This document shows, piece after piece, positions 1 to 9,951 of a DNA stretch of 64,000 nt. Source of the DNA: a virus. Taxonomy: Duplodnaviria > Heunggongvirae > Uroviricota > Caudoviricetes. The notes beneath the pieces are model-generated. The model saw only the letters and a list, made by a program, of their open reading frames with translations. It searched no databases and was not told the DNA's origin. The position numbers were made by a program, and so were the translations under genes. The stretch spans positions 172,420 through 236,419 of IMG/VR virus record IMGVR_UViG_3300037418_003161; one strand, written 5' to 3'. Position 1 is the first letter of the stretch, and each line of letters opens with the position of its first letter.

Positions 1-1058
1 TGTAGTAGTTTTGAAAATACAAGGTCTTTCTTGAAAACCATTTCGTCTTCAAATATTTGAATGAGATGAATTCCTTGCTCAGCACATTTTTTAGTTTTAT
101 CAAGGTGATACCCCCGCTCTTTTTTTCCGAAATTATGAGTATGATGTTTTAACCCATGGTGTTCAATACCCAATTTTAATATAGGCAAATAAAAATCAAT
201 CTCCTGACCATTGAGAATTTTTCTGTTATTTCGCTCATAAGGTATATTATTTATTTCCAAGAATTCTTTTATTTGGTCTTCGTAAATGGATGTGAAATTT
301 GACGTGATGACATTTGTATTTAAATCAATCATTTTTGCCTGAAGTATTTTTCTTTGTTCTTCAGAAATAATTTTAGTTCCATACAACAACTTATATTCTT
401 CTTGTGTGAGATTATGTTTTTTAAGGTGGGTGTTAGTTATTATCTTACATTTTACACCACATACCTTACATAACACAAAATTATCTTTGTTGTGGAATAA
501 TAATTCTTTTTCAATTTTCTTTTGAGTGTTTGGATGTAGAGAACTTTCTTCGGGGAATTCTTTTATATATTCAACAATATCCTTCTTATGTGCTTCCTTT
601 AAATGTACTTCATAACATCCGGTTTTATTGTTTACATCTGTGGTCTGCCATGAACAATATTTACAGTTTCTTTTGGGAAGCGTTTCTTCTTTTGTGGTGA
701 CGGTAAAAAAATCTAAGTACCAAATTTTCCCAACTTTAAATAACATTCTTCTTTTGTGTTCAGAAGGTAAAACTATGTCCGGGTAATTCGTTTTTATGTG
801 TGTTGTTAAACATCCTGATTTATTAAATACATCTTCAAACTTTTTATCAGTTGTCTTGCAGACCAATATTTTATCAGTTAAAAAAGAATAATCTGCTTTC
901 GTGGTAACATATTTAACTTGTCCTCCACGATTGCGAATTGGTATGTCATTTTCTTTAAGGATAGTCGAGATTTTTTTATGCCCCACCGACATTAGTTTAG
1001 CTATCTTGTGAACCGACAATTTCTTTTTTGTATATAAACTAATTACTTCATCAATCAT
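1..1058 (-). CDS. Homing-endonuclease-like protein, partial; N-terminal HTH, central Cys clusters, C-terminal DUF559/PD-(D/E)XK-like motif; runs off window edge
   Basis: Minus-strand ORF starting at ATG 1058 (MIDEVISLYTKKKLSVHKIAKLM...), no stop inside window so absent from ORF track. CxxC pairs (CKYCSW, CKVCGVKC). C-terminal EIDFYLPILKLGIEHHGLKHH resembles the D...IE.DG..H motif of Vsr/DUF559 endonucleases. Sits next to the capsid gene, as freestanding homing endonucleases do in T4-likes. Confidence 0.4.
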   Translation of the reverse strand, partial: MIDEVISLYTKKKLSVHKIAKLMSVGHKKISTILKENDIPIRNRGGQVKYVTTKADYSFLTDKILVCKTTDKKFEDVFNKSGCLTTHIKTNYPDIVLPSEHKRRMLFKVGKIWYLDFFTVTTKEETLPKRNCKYCSWQTTDVNNKTGCYEVHLKEAHKKDIVEYIKEFPEESSLHPNTQKKIEKELLFHNKDNFVLCKVCGVKCKIITNTHLKKHNLTQEEYKLLYGTKIISEEQRKILQAKMIDLNTNVITSNFTSIYEDQIKEFLEINNIPYERNNRKILNGQEIDFYLPILKLGIEHHGLKHHTHNFGKKERGYHLDKTKKCAEQGIHLIQIFEDEMVFKKDLVFSKLL

Positions 1059-1194
1059 AATTCAATATAAAAAATAAAAATCAAAAAGTCAAATCATAAT
1101 CCGTTCAACCTGACTCCTATAAATAAATATTATGGTATCAATAAAATAAAAAAAGGTGGACAAATGTCCACCTTTTATTTAATTAAAGAACTGA

Positions 1195-2922
1195 TTATCT
1201 CAATTCATTAAGGTCAAATGTTTGAATTCCGAATACATCGATTACCCCGTAAAATCTGTTGTTTACAAGCTTTTTAGCGTAACGTGTCATGATACCTTTA
1301 ATCGGAGTCATGTTAAATGGATTGTACATTGTCGGTGTCAACTGTAAAGGCACATAGGGACTATAGATATAACCCGCATCCAACAGTGAGGTTCCTTTGT
1401 GGCCCATCAAAATCTTACCCGCAGGGAAGTATGGGTCACGGTAAACCTGATAACGTCCGGCCAAAGTACCAATCTTCTCAATACCCATGTTGTATTGGTC
1501 TTGTTCGGGATGGGCATTCGATACGTGGAAATATTCCAAATCGTCAAACACGGCTGAAACTTCAGAAGAAACCACAATCCAGTTTGCACCACCACGAAGG
1601 GTACTCTTATGTATCTGAGCCGAAATCTGATTTATTTTTGTCAAGAGGGTCTGATTCCAGTCCTTTTGTGTATATGGAATCGCAGCACCAGTACCACCCA
1701 AACGTCTCCATTCGTTGTAGTCCCACTTCAATTTCCAAGCAGCACCTTTACGAAGGTCACGTAGAATCTCACGGTCAATCTCAGCCGCAATTTGCTCTGA
1801 CAATAAAGCTGTCAATTCAGCTTCAGCATCGATGTTGTGAAATGCGCTCACGTCTTGAGCCAATTCAGGAGACCAAGAAGCACGAAGCTTTCTGTCGGTT
1901 ACAGAAACCGTTACAGACTGAAGGTCGAAGCTAACTTCACCGATTTCTTCTTCGAACTCTAGGTCTTTGTAGATACGGTGAGTTACAGTGAACCCTGAAC
2001 CATTTTCAGCAGTTAATGTGGTAGCTGTGAAACCACTTGTAGAAGAATAATCCTCCACATCTACTTCGATGTAAACCTTACCATCTGCATCGCAGATTTG
2101 TTCGAATTTACCACCGGGATAGTCAGCGTAGTTTTTAGTACCATACTGAACCAATCCTTTACCATATTTCATGGTAACTGTACGGAAACTTCTTTCAGTA
2201 CCACCCTTAACAACTTTTAAAGAAGCTAAGAATTCTTCGGTATCCATTACGTTACCTGAAGGGCCGATTAATTTGCCCTGACCAACCATATCACCGGGGG
2301 TGTTGGTAAAGCCTGTCAACATCAGGATAACAGAAGATGTAGAACCAGTGTAGGTAGCTGCTACCATTGCACCGTTAACCCATTTAACAGCAGTTGCAGT
2401 CAGAGTAACGGCAGAGTAAGCACCTTTAGAGTAGTCGAAAATACCGCTCTCGGTAGTGCTGTCCTCATAGAAGCTGTCATACAGGTTCTTTGCACCAACA
2501 CCAGTATCATAACCATCTCCGGCAGCAGCAGGAGCGTTGTCGCTATGAGAACCATAAGGTGCGTAGTGACCTGTTGTATTTCTACGGTCTTGGATTTTAG
2601 GTACAAAGAAGAACATTTTTCCGATTGGAAGGTTCATGGCTTGTACAGAAACGATGTCGTTTGCCAACAATTTTGAGAACACTCTACGGATGATTGGAAA
2701 CACAACGGTTTCGAATGAACCTGAAGAGTCAGTTGTTGCGGCTTCGTTAATTAAATAAGAAGCTTGGTTCTCATACAACTGAGCGATGTTTTCTTTAAGA
2801 TGACCTTGAAGTTCATCCAAGAAACCTAATTTTTCCCATTTTTCAATGGTGTCTTCCTTGATAACTTTTAAGTGCTTAAGACCTATGTTACCAACAAGAC
2901 CGCTTTCTAGTAATGCGCCCAT
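1195..2922 (-). CDS. Major capsid protein, T4 gp23-like
   Basis: 575 aa. Recalled T4 gp23 blocks align: SVQAMNLPIGKMFFF vs GVQPMNSPTGQVFAL; ELAQDVSAFHNIDAEAELTALLSEQIAAEIDREIL vs ELAQDLRAVHGMDADAELSGILATEIMLEINREVV; RYQVYRDPYF vs KYRVYIDQYA; YIYSPYVPLQLTP vs IYYAPYVALTPL. Confidence 0.92.
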   Translation of the reverse strand: MGALLESGLVGNIGLKHLKVIKEDTIEKWEKLGFLDELQGHLKENIAQLYENQASYLINEAATTDSSGSFETVVFPIIRRVFSKLLANDIVSVQAMNLPIGKMFFFVPKIQDRRNTTGHYAPYGSHSDNAPAAAGDGYDTGVGAKNLYDSFYEDSTTESGIFDYSKGAYSAVTLTATAVKWVNGAMVAATYTGSTSSVILMLTGFTNTPGDMVGQGKLIGPSGNVMDTEEFLASLKVVKGGTERSFRTVTMKYGKGLVQYGTKNYADYPGGKFEQICDADGKVYIEVDVEDYSSTSGFTATTLTAENGSGFTVTHRIYKDLEFEEEIGEVSFDLQSVTVSVTDRKLRASWSPELAQDVSAFHNIDAEAELTALLSEQIAAEIDREILRDLRKGAAWKLKWDYNEWRRLGGTGAAIPYTQKDWNQTLLTKINQISAQIHKSTLRGGANWIVVSSEVSAVFDDLEYFHVSNAHPEQDQYNMGIEKIGTLAGRYQVYRDPYFPAGKILMGHKGTSLLDAGYIYSPYVPLQLTPTMYNPFNMTPIKGIMTRYAKKLVNNRFYGVIDVFGIQTFDLNELR

Positions 2923-2954
2923 TTTTTTAGATATTGGTTTTTATTGTTTAATTA

Positions 2955-4385
2955 TTATTTCAGCTTAGTGAACAAGTCTTTCATTCTTGCGAATTGAGGA
3001 GATGTATAAGCTTTGGATTCAGCCAAAATTTCTTTTGAGTTGGCTGAAGAACCGTTAGTCGGAGTTTTGACGATTTTGTTGGCTACATTCTCCGAAATGG
3101 AAGCCTTAGAGTTCATTTCACTCTTAATCGTTTTATAAAGGGATTGTGACTCTTTCAGGGTTGATGTGGCATCGAAGCGTTTGAGGATTTCCATTTTCTC
3201 TTGCTTCGTAGTGGAGTGTTCTGTAAACAAGCGGGTTGCATAGGCAAGGTTCGCATTGAATACAGCTACTTCATTCAGCTTGTCACGGAAAAGACTTAAG
3301 GCTTTTTTATATTCCTCAACTTTTTCTTTCAAAATTTTGTTTTGTCTTTTCAGTTCTTTTTGTTCAGCAAGAGCTTCTCTTGAAACCTTGGTTGCTGCTT
3401 TAGCACCCTTTGGCAAAGAATTAGGTCTTGCACCCAAGCCTTTAGTACGAGCGATTTCCATGAATTCTGCTTCAGAATCAAGGCCATCGTCATCAATTAC
3501 AGAGTCGTCTTCGATTGAAAAATCATCGTGTGAAGGAATGTCACTTGGTTCGTCAAGATTAAAACCGTGAGAAGGAACATCGTCGATTGGTTCTTCACCA
3601 CCAGTTAGGTCAATGACATCATCATCGTTGTCAAACTCAGAACCACCATCGAAGTCAGCATGTGAACCCAAACCGAAATCTTCTTCGTCGTCGAATACGA
3701 TTTCATATAATGGCTCATCATCTTCTTCGCACATTTCATCTTCATCACCCTCTTCAACTTCTTCCTGTTCTTCCATTTCAGTCTCGCCGTCAAACTCGTC
3801 CTCTTCATCAAGTTCATCTTCCAGTTCCTCATCTTCGTTGAGCTTTACAAGGAATTCTTCATCGTTAACAGTCAGTTCAACGTCACCGTTGTCTTCTTTT
3901 TTAACAATGATGCCATCGTCTTCGCCCATTTTTTTGAAAATGCGGAGAACTTCATCATCACTTGCACCTGTCATGTCGATGGTGTCATCATCTTCATCAG
4001 AATCATCGTCATCGAAATCTGTGTCGGAGTCGTCATCTGCGGTAGGCAGTTCTGAGAAATCGTCGTCGGGTAAATCAGAATCGTCAGATTCTTCGTCATC
4101 AGACATTTCATCTTCATCGGAGTCTTCATCATCTGAATCAGCATTATCTTCTTCTGCTGAATCAACATCTTGTTCATCGTCAGAATCATCTTCACCCGCA
4201 AACGGGTTTTGTTCTGCGATATCAGTTTCCTCATCTGAGGACATCTCATCTTCCAAAGACTCTTTAACCAAACTGTTGATTTCCTGCTTCATTGTATCGG
4301 CAAGTATTCCTTTAGCGTTGGTCTTAATTGCTTCTTCAAGAACTTTAGCTTGAAGCAAAGCTTTTTCTAAAATTGAATCTTTCAT
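2955..4385 (-). CDS. Prohead scaffold/core protein (gp22-like position); extremely acidic, coiled-coil
   Basis: 476 aa, long Asp/Glu-rich low-complexity core with coiled-coil N and C ends. Lies between the protease-side genes and the capsid gene as T4 gp22 does. Assigned by position and composition only. Confidence 0.5.
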   Translation of the reverse strand: MKDSILEKALLQAKVLEEAIKTNAKGILADTMKQEINSLVKESLEDEMSSDEETDIAEQNPFAGEDDSDDEQDVDSAEEDNADSDDEDSDEDEMSDDEESDDSDLPDDDFSELPTADDDSDTDFDDDDSDEDDDTIDMTGASDDEVLRIFKKMGEDDGIIVKKEDNGDVELTVNDEEFLVKLNEDEELEDELDEEDEFDGETEMEEQEEVEEGDEDEMCEEDDEPLYEIVFDDEEDFGLGSHADFDGGSEFDNDDDVIDLTGGEEPIDDVPSHGFNLDEPSDIPSHDDFSIEDDSVIDDDGLDSEAEFMEIARTKGLGARPNSLPKGAKAATKVSREALAEQKELKRQNKILKEKVEEYKKALSLFRDKLNEVAVFNANLAYATRLFTEHSTTKQEKMEILKRFDATSTLKESQSLYKTIKSEMNSKASISENVANKIVKTPTNGSSANSKEILAESKAYTSPQFARMKDLFTKLK

Positions 4386-4463
4386 TAAGGATTATAGATT
4401 TTGTTCTCTATAAATATGTTTGAGAAAATGAAAAGTTTTGAGAGGAAAAAAATTTTGTAATAT

Positions 4464-5105
4464 TTAGCCACCTATGCCGTGGGCATGTGCTAGTTTATTA
4501 AACTCTCTGCGGGTTTTTTTATATCCATCAATATAGATGAAGTAATCATCGGGTGTAATACCGTAATTGTAGATTTCACTACGTATTTCTTTTTCCAACC
4601 CAATTGCACCCATAACCGGGGCTTCATCATCAACAAGCATTGTGAAATAGCAATCAACAAATATTTCATCTGCATTATGTGATATTTTATAAATAAACGC
4701 TTCAATAATGTCGTTTTTATAAATCTTATACAGTAGCCGTTTATTCATGTGGTTGAAGATTTTTTCTTCAATATTCTCATGAAGCTTACCTTTTTGGTGA
4801 TGCTTATGTTTTTCATACATCCTTTCAACATGTTCATTATCTATGCTAATAACCACATCAGAATGGTTAATTCCAAAAAGTTCGAATTCATCATAAATCT
4901 TTGATTTTATACTAATGAAGGGCGCATTGAATGTATCATTAACATGACCATACATATTAACACAGTACATGTTATAGGTATAAATGATATCGTAAATAAA
5001 TGCCTTTGATTTTTTAGGGGCATCTATATATTCCTTCCCTAATAATCGTTTCTTGATTTTTTCAAGAATGGTATTTTGAAGTTGTTCCCGGATTAAGTGG
5101 CGCAT
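4464..5105 (-). CDS. Hypothetical protein in head module
   Basis: 213 aa ORF; its start ATGA-overlaps the upstream gene (translational coupling at 5105). Confidence 0.5.
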   Translation of the reverse strand: MRHLIREQLQNTILEKIKKRLLGKEYIDAPKKSKAFIYDIIYTYNMYCVNMYGHVNDTFNAPFISIKSKIYDEFELFGINHSDVVISIDNEHVERMYEKHKHHQKGKLHENIEEKIFNHMNKRLLYKIYKNDIIEAFIYKISHNADEIFVDCYFTMLVDDEAPVMGAIGLEKEIRSEIYNYGITPDDYFIYIDGYKKTRREFNKLAHAHGIGG

Positions 5106-6235
5106 TATTTTTTTCTAAGATTTTCTATATAGTCCTCCACTTCTTTAAATAAAGGATTATTATGAATGCTCTTCAAATCCGTTGGTCGCCTAATTGATAT
5201 ATAATAATCTTTGTTGCAGAGATACATTTCATTACCATCCATAACCAATACAAATGGTTTGTGAAATTCATATGCTTGAGCAGTCAAATCCAAAAGCGCA
5301 CCTTCTTTTCTGCCCATGTTTTGTTTAAGGTTCTCAATTTCACTATAACTCTCAATGGGACGAACAGTTAAACGGTATGTTGGAGTTCGGTAAGTATTAA
5401 TGAACTTGTCGACCTTCTTTTTTCTTGACTTTAAATTCTTCTCGTATTTTTTCTGAAACTTTTGTAAGTTATTTTCAATGTGAGATTGAATGATTTGCAT
5501 CACATTTGGATATTTTCTGTTGAAGTCTGATATGTTTACTGAAACATCCATTGCATCCTTGAACTGGCCTTTTTGTAGGTAATTTTCTGCACCCAATTGA
5601 AATTTTTGGGAAGCACTTCCCTTGGTTGCTATGTGGTATTGATACTTTTCGTTTGTCTGTTTATCAATAATCACATATAAGTCCCCCAATACGGCATGGT
5701 TTAGATATTGGTTATATTTGTCATCATATGACGTACACCAACCTGTACCCCGGCCTAATTTAATGGCCGCATCTCTCGTTTTGGGGATTAATATGGATAC
5801 CTTATCATCACTATAAACCTTCTCTATATCTTCTGCTCTTTCTCTCTCACCCCTTAAGTCAGCATTCATCACCAATTTGCGTGTCATTGCAATCAAACTG
5901 TCAGCATCATATTTGTTTATGTCGTTGCTGAAGTTTTTTATAGCCCGGAGGTCAATACTGCGACTTGTAGCCCTATCAAACACAGTTAACGCTTTTTTGA
6001 TTTGGGATGTTTTACTTAAGAAGTAGGAAGTCTTTTCCGTACCCTCCTTGCTTGCTCCCAACGTTCTATTATATTGATTTATCAACCATTGCAGATATTT
6101 CTTGTTTGGTGTCGGGTCAACTGAAAGGAGAATATTAAATCTTCTTTCTGAAATATGTTGATTTTTATTTTTTAAAAATTCTTCACGTCCCTCACTTATA
6201 ATTTCAATAATTGCTTCTTTAATCAGTTGTCTCAT
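5105..6235 (-). CDS. Hypothetical head-module protein
   Basis: 376 aa ORF, ATGA overlaps at both ends (5105, 6235); no recognisable motif. Confidence 0.5.
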   Translation of the reverse strand: MRQLIKEAIIEIISEGREEFLKNKNQHISERRFNILLSVDPTPNKKYLQWLINQYNRTLGASKEGTEKTSYFLSKTSQIKKALTVFDRATSRSIDLRAIKNFSNDINKYDADSLIAMTRKLVMNADLRGERERAEDIEKVYSDDKVSILIPKTRDAAIKLGRGTGWCTSYDDKYNQYLNHAVLGDLYVIIDKQTNEKYQYHIATKGSASQKFQLGAENYLQKGQFKDAMDVSVNISDFNRKYPNVMQIIQSHIENNLQKFQKKYEKNLKSRKKKVDKFINTYRTPTYRLTVRPIESYSEIENLKQNMGRKEGALLDLTAQAYEFHKPFVLVMDGNEMYLCNKDYYISIRRPTDLKSIHNNPLFKEVEDYIENLRKK

Positions 6236-6942
6236 TATTTCTTTAGGAATTTATCCAGTTTGTTAATCAGGTTATTTGCTTTAGACAATTCATGAACAAC
6301 TCTTTTATCATCTCTTGCCATATCGATGTTCTCATCAAATTTGTCCCTATCATCAAGGCTATGAATCAAATAAGCACCGGGGGTAGAAGGAGAAGATACT
6401 AGGTCAAAACACACCAATTCAAAGTCTTCCTGAACAACGTTTTGTCCACCTTCCCTTTTTAGCGAACCCACGCCCCGGCTTGAGATGCCAAGGGTGACAC
6501 CGTTTTGCAAAAGATTGGCAGCTTGGTCTCCCTTGCAGGAAATAATGCCGGATTTTTTCCAACCGGGAGAGGTGATGATTTTCATCTTACCCATCAGCAT
6601 CTTTCCATCCCACCATATTTCGGTAATCATGTGTGATACTCTGTCAAGGTCAATAAGTGAGCTTTCGGGGTGGTTGAGTTCACTAATTGATGAACCCTTG
6701 TCGATTAGCTTTTGATATTTCTCCGCTTCACGCTTTAAAATTTGTTCAGGATAAATCCTTCCATTGCGATTGGGGGTATTATACTTTTGAAGAATGGCAT
6801 ATAAGACCAAATCATCTGCGGTGTCAGATTTGATGGCTTCTCTTATAATTCTTTGGTTGCGTGAATCGGAAGGATTAATCCATCCGGCATCGTACTCTAT
6901 TAATATCCCTCGTTGATTGGTCTCATTAAGTAATATCTTCAT
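6235..6942 (-). CDS. Prohead core protease, T4 gp21-like (U9 family)
   Basis: 235 aa. NRNGRIYPEQIL and SELNHPE motifs and RGVGS (candidate catalytic Ser), typical of T4 gp21-like prohead proteases. Position between portal-side genes and scaffold/capsid matches T4. Confidence 0.78.
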   Translation of the reverse strand: MKILLNETNQRGILIEYDAGWINPSDSRNQRIIREAIKSDTADDLVLYAILQKYNTPNRNGRIYPEQILKREAEKYQKLIDKGSSISELNHPESSLIDLDRVSHMITEIWWDGKMLMGKMKIITSPGWKKSGIISCKGDQAANLLQNGVTLGISSRGVGSLKREGGQNVVQEDFELVCFDLVSSPSTPGAYLIHSLDDRDKFDENIDMARDDKRVVHELSKANNLINKLDKFLKK

Positions 6943-6962
6943 ACCCTATAAATATTTACCGG

Positions 6963-7448
6963 ATGATTAAAATATTTATGGGGATGACCAACCATTTGAT
7001 TGAAAATTTTATAAAGAAATATTTTCAAAAACAGAAAGAAAAAAAACAATCTGTAGAGAAGCTTAATAAGCTTGTTAATATTTTAAATAATAGATTTGGT
7101 AAAACATACGTCTTTTCAACAAAAGACCACTCAAGTCATATTGTTGATGCGGCATTGGAATATTTAGATGATGATAATCCCGGATTTGAAAATTTACTCA
7201 GAGGTATTAACTTTCATGCAGAATATACCCTAGATTTTGTGGCTTTTGAAAATGAATTATACGTTAAATTGGATTACGCTGACGAACTAATTTACAATTG
7301 GAAAGAAGATATAATGAAAAATATTCATAATGATATTATGAGTTTGGTTTCTATTGACAACTTCAAAGTATTGATTGTTCCTTCCAATGAATTATATATC
7401 TACGAAAACAACGGGGGGTTGTGTAATGTTTCTATTTTATATTGGTAG
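6963..7448 (+). CDS. Hypothetical protein
   Basis: 161 aa ORF in the divergent intergenic region. Confidence 0.45.
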   Translation: MIKIFMGMTNHLIENFIKKYFQKQKEKKQSVEKLNKLVNILNNRFGKTYVFSTKDHSSHIVDAALEYLDDDNPGFENLLRGINFHAEYTLDFVAFENELYVKLDYADELIYNWKEDIMKNIHNDIMSLVSIDNFKVLIVPSNELYIYENNGGLCNVSILYW

Positions 7449-7540
7449 CACAACGCTTATTTCCACACCAAATTTCAGTTCCATGAAAGTTGAACTAAAA
7501 AAATAATTTTGATAATTAAAAAAGTTGTTTTATCTTTGTT

Positions 7541-7855
7541 TTGATGACGCAACAAATTACCATACAGAAAGAGTTCAACGGTCAAACTTTGGTAGTCCAT
7601 TGTTTGGCTGATATGCGTACTTTGTCTGTTAGTGGTTTTGGTACAGGCCCACATACAAAAAAGGTTTGTCTTCATATGCTTTGGATAAAGTCTAATGGGG
7701 AGAAACCTTTCTTTTTTAATCACCTTACCCAACAGCAAAAAGGAACTTTTAAGTCAGAACTGATGAATCGGGAGTTCCACTATCAACATGGAAAAACAGG
7801 CCCGTTTGCGGGAAGCAGGGCTGTTATTGTAAAAGAAACCAAATCATTAAGGTAA
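7541..7855 (+). CDS. Hypothetical protein
   Basis: ATG at 7541 immediately follows the conserved promoter motif TTGTTTTATCTTTGTTTTG. Confidence 0.45.
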   Translation: MMTQQITIQKEFNGQTLVVHCLADMRTLSVSGFGTGPHTKKVCLHMLWIKSNGEKPFFFNHLTQQQKGTFKSELMNREFHYQHGKTGPFAGSRAVIVKETKSLR

Positions 7856-7856
7856 T

Positions 7857-8081
7857 ATGGCAAAGAAATACGGAATAGGAGCAACCAATGGTAAGAAAGC
7901 TACCACCTATGTTGCTACAGCCCCGGATGGTACAATTCTAAAAAAGAAAAGCTTTTTCATCCATACGGAAACAGCATTAATTGGTGCATTTCAACATGAA
8001 GGTAAATGGAGGGCATCGGGTGTGACCGAAGAGGTTAGAGATTGGGGCAGTCAAATATTTTTGGAGGCCCAAAAAACTTAA
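7857..8081 (+). CDS. Hypothetical protein
   Basis: 74 aa ORF directly downstream of the previous gene. Confidence 0.4.
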   Translation: MAKKYGIGATNGKKATTYVATAPDGTILKKKSFFIHTETALIGAFQHEGKWRASGVTEEVRDWGSQIFLEAQKT

Positions 8082-8112
8082 TTTATCTTTGTTTTATAAT
8101 ACTTTTAAATCT

Positions 8113-8226
8113 ATGCCAAATTTTAAAATAGAGAATGACGAAATCGGCTGTGGCATCATGATGATATGCTTGGCCATTGCTTTTGCAATCATCATAATTG
8201 CTTGCAAATATGTTGGTTGGATATAA
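8113..8226 (+). CDS. Small hydrophobic peptide, 37 aa (MPNFKIENDEIGCGIMMICLAIAFAIIIIACKYVGWI)
   Basis: Below the ORF-track size cutoff. Preceded by the conserved promoter motif (8085-8105) and followed by a terminator hairpin (8225-8250). Confidence 0.35.
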   Translation: MPNFKIENDEIGCGIMMICLAIAFAIIIIACKYVGWI

Positions 8227-8250
8227 CCCCGGAATTTCCGGGGTTTTTTA
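8225..8250. terminator. Rho-independent terminator, conserved CCCCGGAA/TTCCGGGG hairpin family
   Basis: AACCCCGGAATTTCCGGGGTTTTTT; lies between convergent genes. Confidence 0.6.
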
Positions 8251-8679
8251 TTATCGTTTCCGTTCAAATATGTCAAATTCCCGAAATAAGGTTGGTGTTG
8301 ATTTTATAATCTTATCAGCCAATTCTTTCATTGTATGGGAGAATTCTTCTGCTTTGATATCCATTTGTTGCCGGGTGAACAATGTAACTTCGCAGCTTAA
8401 AAAGGAACGTTTATGAGTAAGGATGCCACTTGACCTCAAGTCCAAATCCACAATGTAATTGTCGTTGAAGTATTGTTTGTTGATGTTGTGGAACGCACAC
8501 ATGCGAACCTCTCTGCGGATTAATGAAATAATGGCGTCCCAATTTTTTTCATCAGTTTTGGGTTCGACCCAACACTGCATTCTCAGATAAACAGATTTTA
8601 GTTGTTTGGTATTGACACTTCCATAACTTAACGCAATATTATCTTGTTTGGGAAGTTTTACATATTTTCCTGATTTCAT
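8251..8679 (-). CDS. Hypothetical protein
   Basis: 142 aa ORF. Confidence 0.45.
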   Translation of the reverse strand: MKSGKYVKLPKQDNIALSYGSVNTKQLKSVYLRMQCWVEPKTDEKNWDAIISLIRREVRMCAFHNINKQYFNDNYIVDLDLRSSGILTHKRSFLSCEVTLFTRQQMDIKAEEFSHTMKELADKIIKSTPTLFREFDIFERKR

Positions 8680-8766
8680 TCGGGTTTTTCATTTTACTTT
8701 TGTTTATTTTTTATAACGGATTAATTATCATAAGAATTATACGAAAAAAAAACCACAATTTCAAGT

Positions 8767-8952
8767 ATGTTGATTATCAATGTTCAAGAGGAAAAAGGTA
8801 TCGATGCTGCACTCAGAACCTATAAAAAGAAAGTGCAAAAGACACGACAAATCCAAGCCCTCCAAGAGCGCAAGGAATTCACAAAACCTTCGGTTAAAAG
8901 ACGAAATGTAATTTTAAAAGCGAAGTACAGTATTTTAAAGGGGCATAATTAA
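8767..8952 (+). CDS. rpsU: Ribosomal protein bS21-like
   Basis: 61 aa, basic. INVQEEKGIDAALRTYKKKVQKTRQIQALQERKEFTKPSVKRR matches the bS21 pattern (ALRRFK...R.R.FY.KPS..RKR). Phage-encoded bS21 is known in Bacteroidetes and pelagic phages. Confidence 0.72.
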   Translation: MLIINVQEEKGIDAALRTYKKKVQKTRQIQALQERKEFTKPSVKRRNVILKAKYSILKGHN

Positions 8953-9212
8953 GCCCCTTCATTATCTAAAAAATCCTGCATTCTTTGGAATAGGTCAGCC
9001 ACACCGTTCATTTGCATTTGCATCAGGTTTACAATTTCTTTGGCTTTTTCTGTATCACCCTCCCGGAACGCTTGTTCCAGTGGCCCAAGGAATTCTTTAA
9101 TGGGGTTGATGTGTGACATGACCTCGTTGCCGATATTGGTAACAATCTCTTCCTCGGTGCTACCCCATGGCGTTGTGGGTTCATCCTGTTCTATGAGCGG
9201 TAAGAGTTTCAT
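8949..9212 (-). CDS. Hypothetical protein
   Basis: 87 aa, overlaps neighbour by 4 nt. Confidence 0.45.
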   Translation of the reverse strand: MKLLPLIEQDEPTTPWGSTEEEIVTNIGNEVMSHINPIKEFLGPLEQAFREGDTEKAKEIVNLMQMQMNGVADLFQRMQDFLDNEGA

Positions 9213-9928
9213 CCCAAATCAGAGAGTAAGTTATCCAATTTATACAAATTCAGACGATTTGTTTCCATTGTTTCCACCTCGTTCAAGGTTTCAATAATTT
9301 TGTCTTTCACATCTTTTTCTGCTTCTTCAGAAAGTGAAGTCAGTTTTTCTCTTGCAGAGAGACGTTTTTCATACATGGCTTTCCTTAGTTCTTCCCCCGA
9401 TAAATTCAGATACCCGGCCAGTTTTGCTCTCTCTGATTCATTGATATCTCCAAAGGTTTCATTGAATTGATTGGTCAATAGGGTAATTAAAACCGCTTCA
9501 TTAACTGGTTCAAATTTGGGAGTTTCAGAAGGTTCACGTCTGAGGTGGTCAACCAAAGTCTTTTTGGCTTGTACACGACCCATTAAATCCTTACCATAAA
9601 TCATAGTATCAATGGCTTCGTATATGGGATTGGGAACGGACAGTGGTAATCTATTGGAAAAAACATTTTGATTGAAAACAACACCTTTGGTGTATATGTT
9701 TCTTTTGATGTCTTCCAAGGCTTCGTTTAAAAACAATTCTGCCATAGCCGTATCGTTGGGGAAAGAAGCTTCTTCAATTTGGGTATACGCATTGAATACC
9801 TCTTTAAATTCCTTGGCTTCGTTTATTTGTTTAAAAACCTTTTTAAAGGAGTCTGCAAAATTTTCTTTCTGATAATTCTCTGTTAGGTAATTTACTATAT
9901 CTTGTTTTACTTGTCCGAATCTTCTCAT
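9209..9928 (-). CDS. Hypothetical head-module protein
   Basis: 239 aa, between portal and protease genes (T4 gp67/68 region by position). Confidence 0.5.
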   Translation of the reverse strand: MRRFGQVKQDIVNYLTENYQKENFADSFKKVFKQINEAKEFKEVFNAYTQIEEASFPNDTAMAELFLNEALEDIKRNIYTKGVVFNQNVFSNRLPLSVPNPIYEAIDTMIYGKDLMGRVQAKKTLVDHLRREPSETPKFEPVNEAVLITLLTNQFNETFGDINESERAKLAGYLNLSGEELRKAMYEKRLSAREKLTSLSEEAEKDVKDKIIETLNEVETMETNRLNLYKLDNLLSDLG

Positions 9929-9951
9929 TATTTGTTTTCTAATAAATATTT

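Noticed and set aside
1317-1934. 205-aa plus-strand ORF (also 1407-1595, 2400-2606) antisense to the capsid gene
   Set aside because: Lies entirely inside the well-supported gp23-like CDS on the opposite strand; low-complexity translation; no start context. Treated as a spurious antisense ORF.
3613-4353. 246-aa Ser-rich plus-strand ORF and other ORFs antisense to the acidic scaffold gene
   Set aside because: Mirror image of the GAA/GAT-rich scaffold gene (Asp/Glu codons read as Ser on the opposite strand). It is a compositional artefact.
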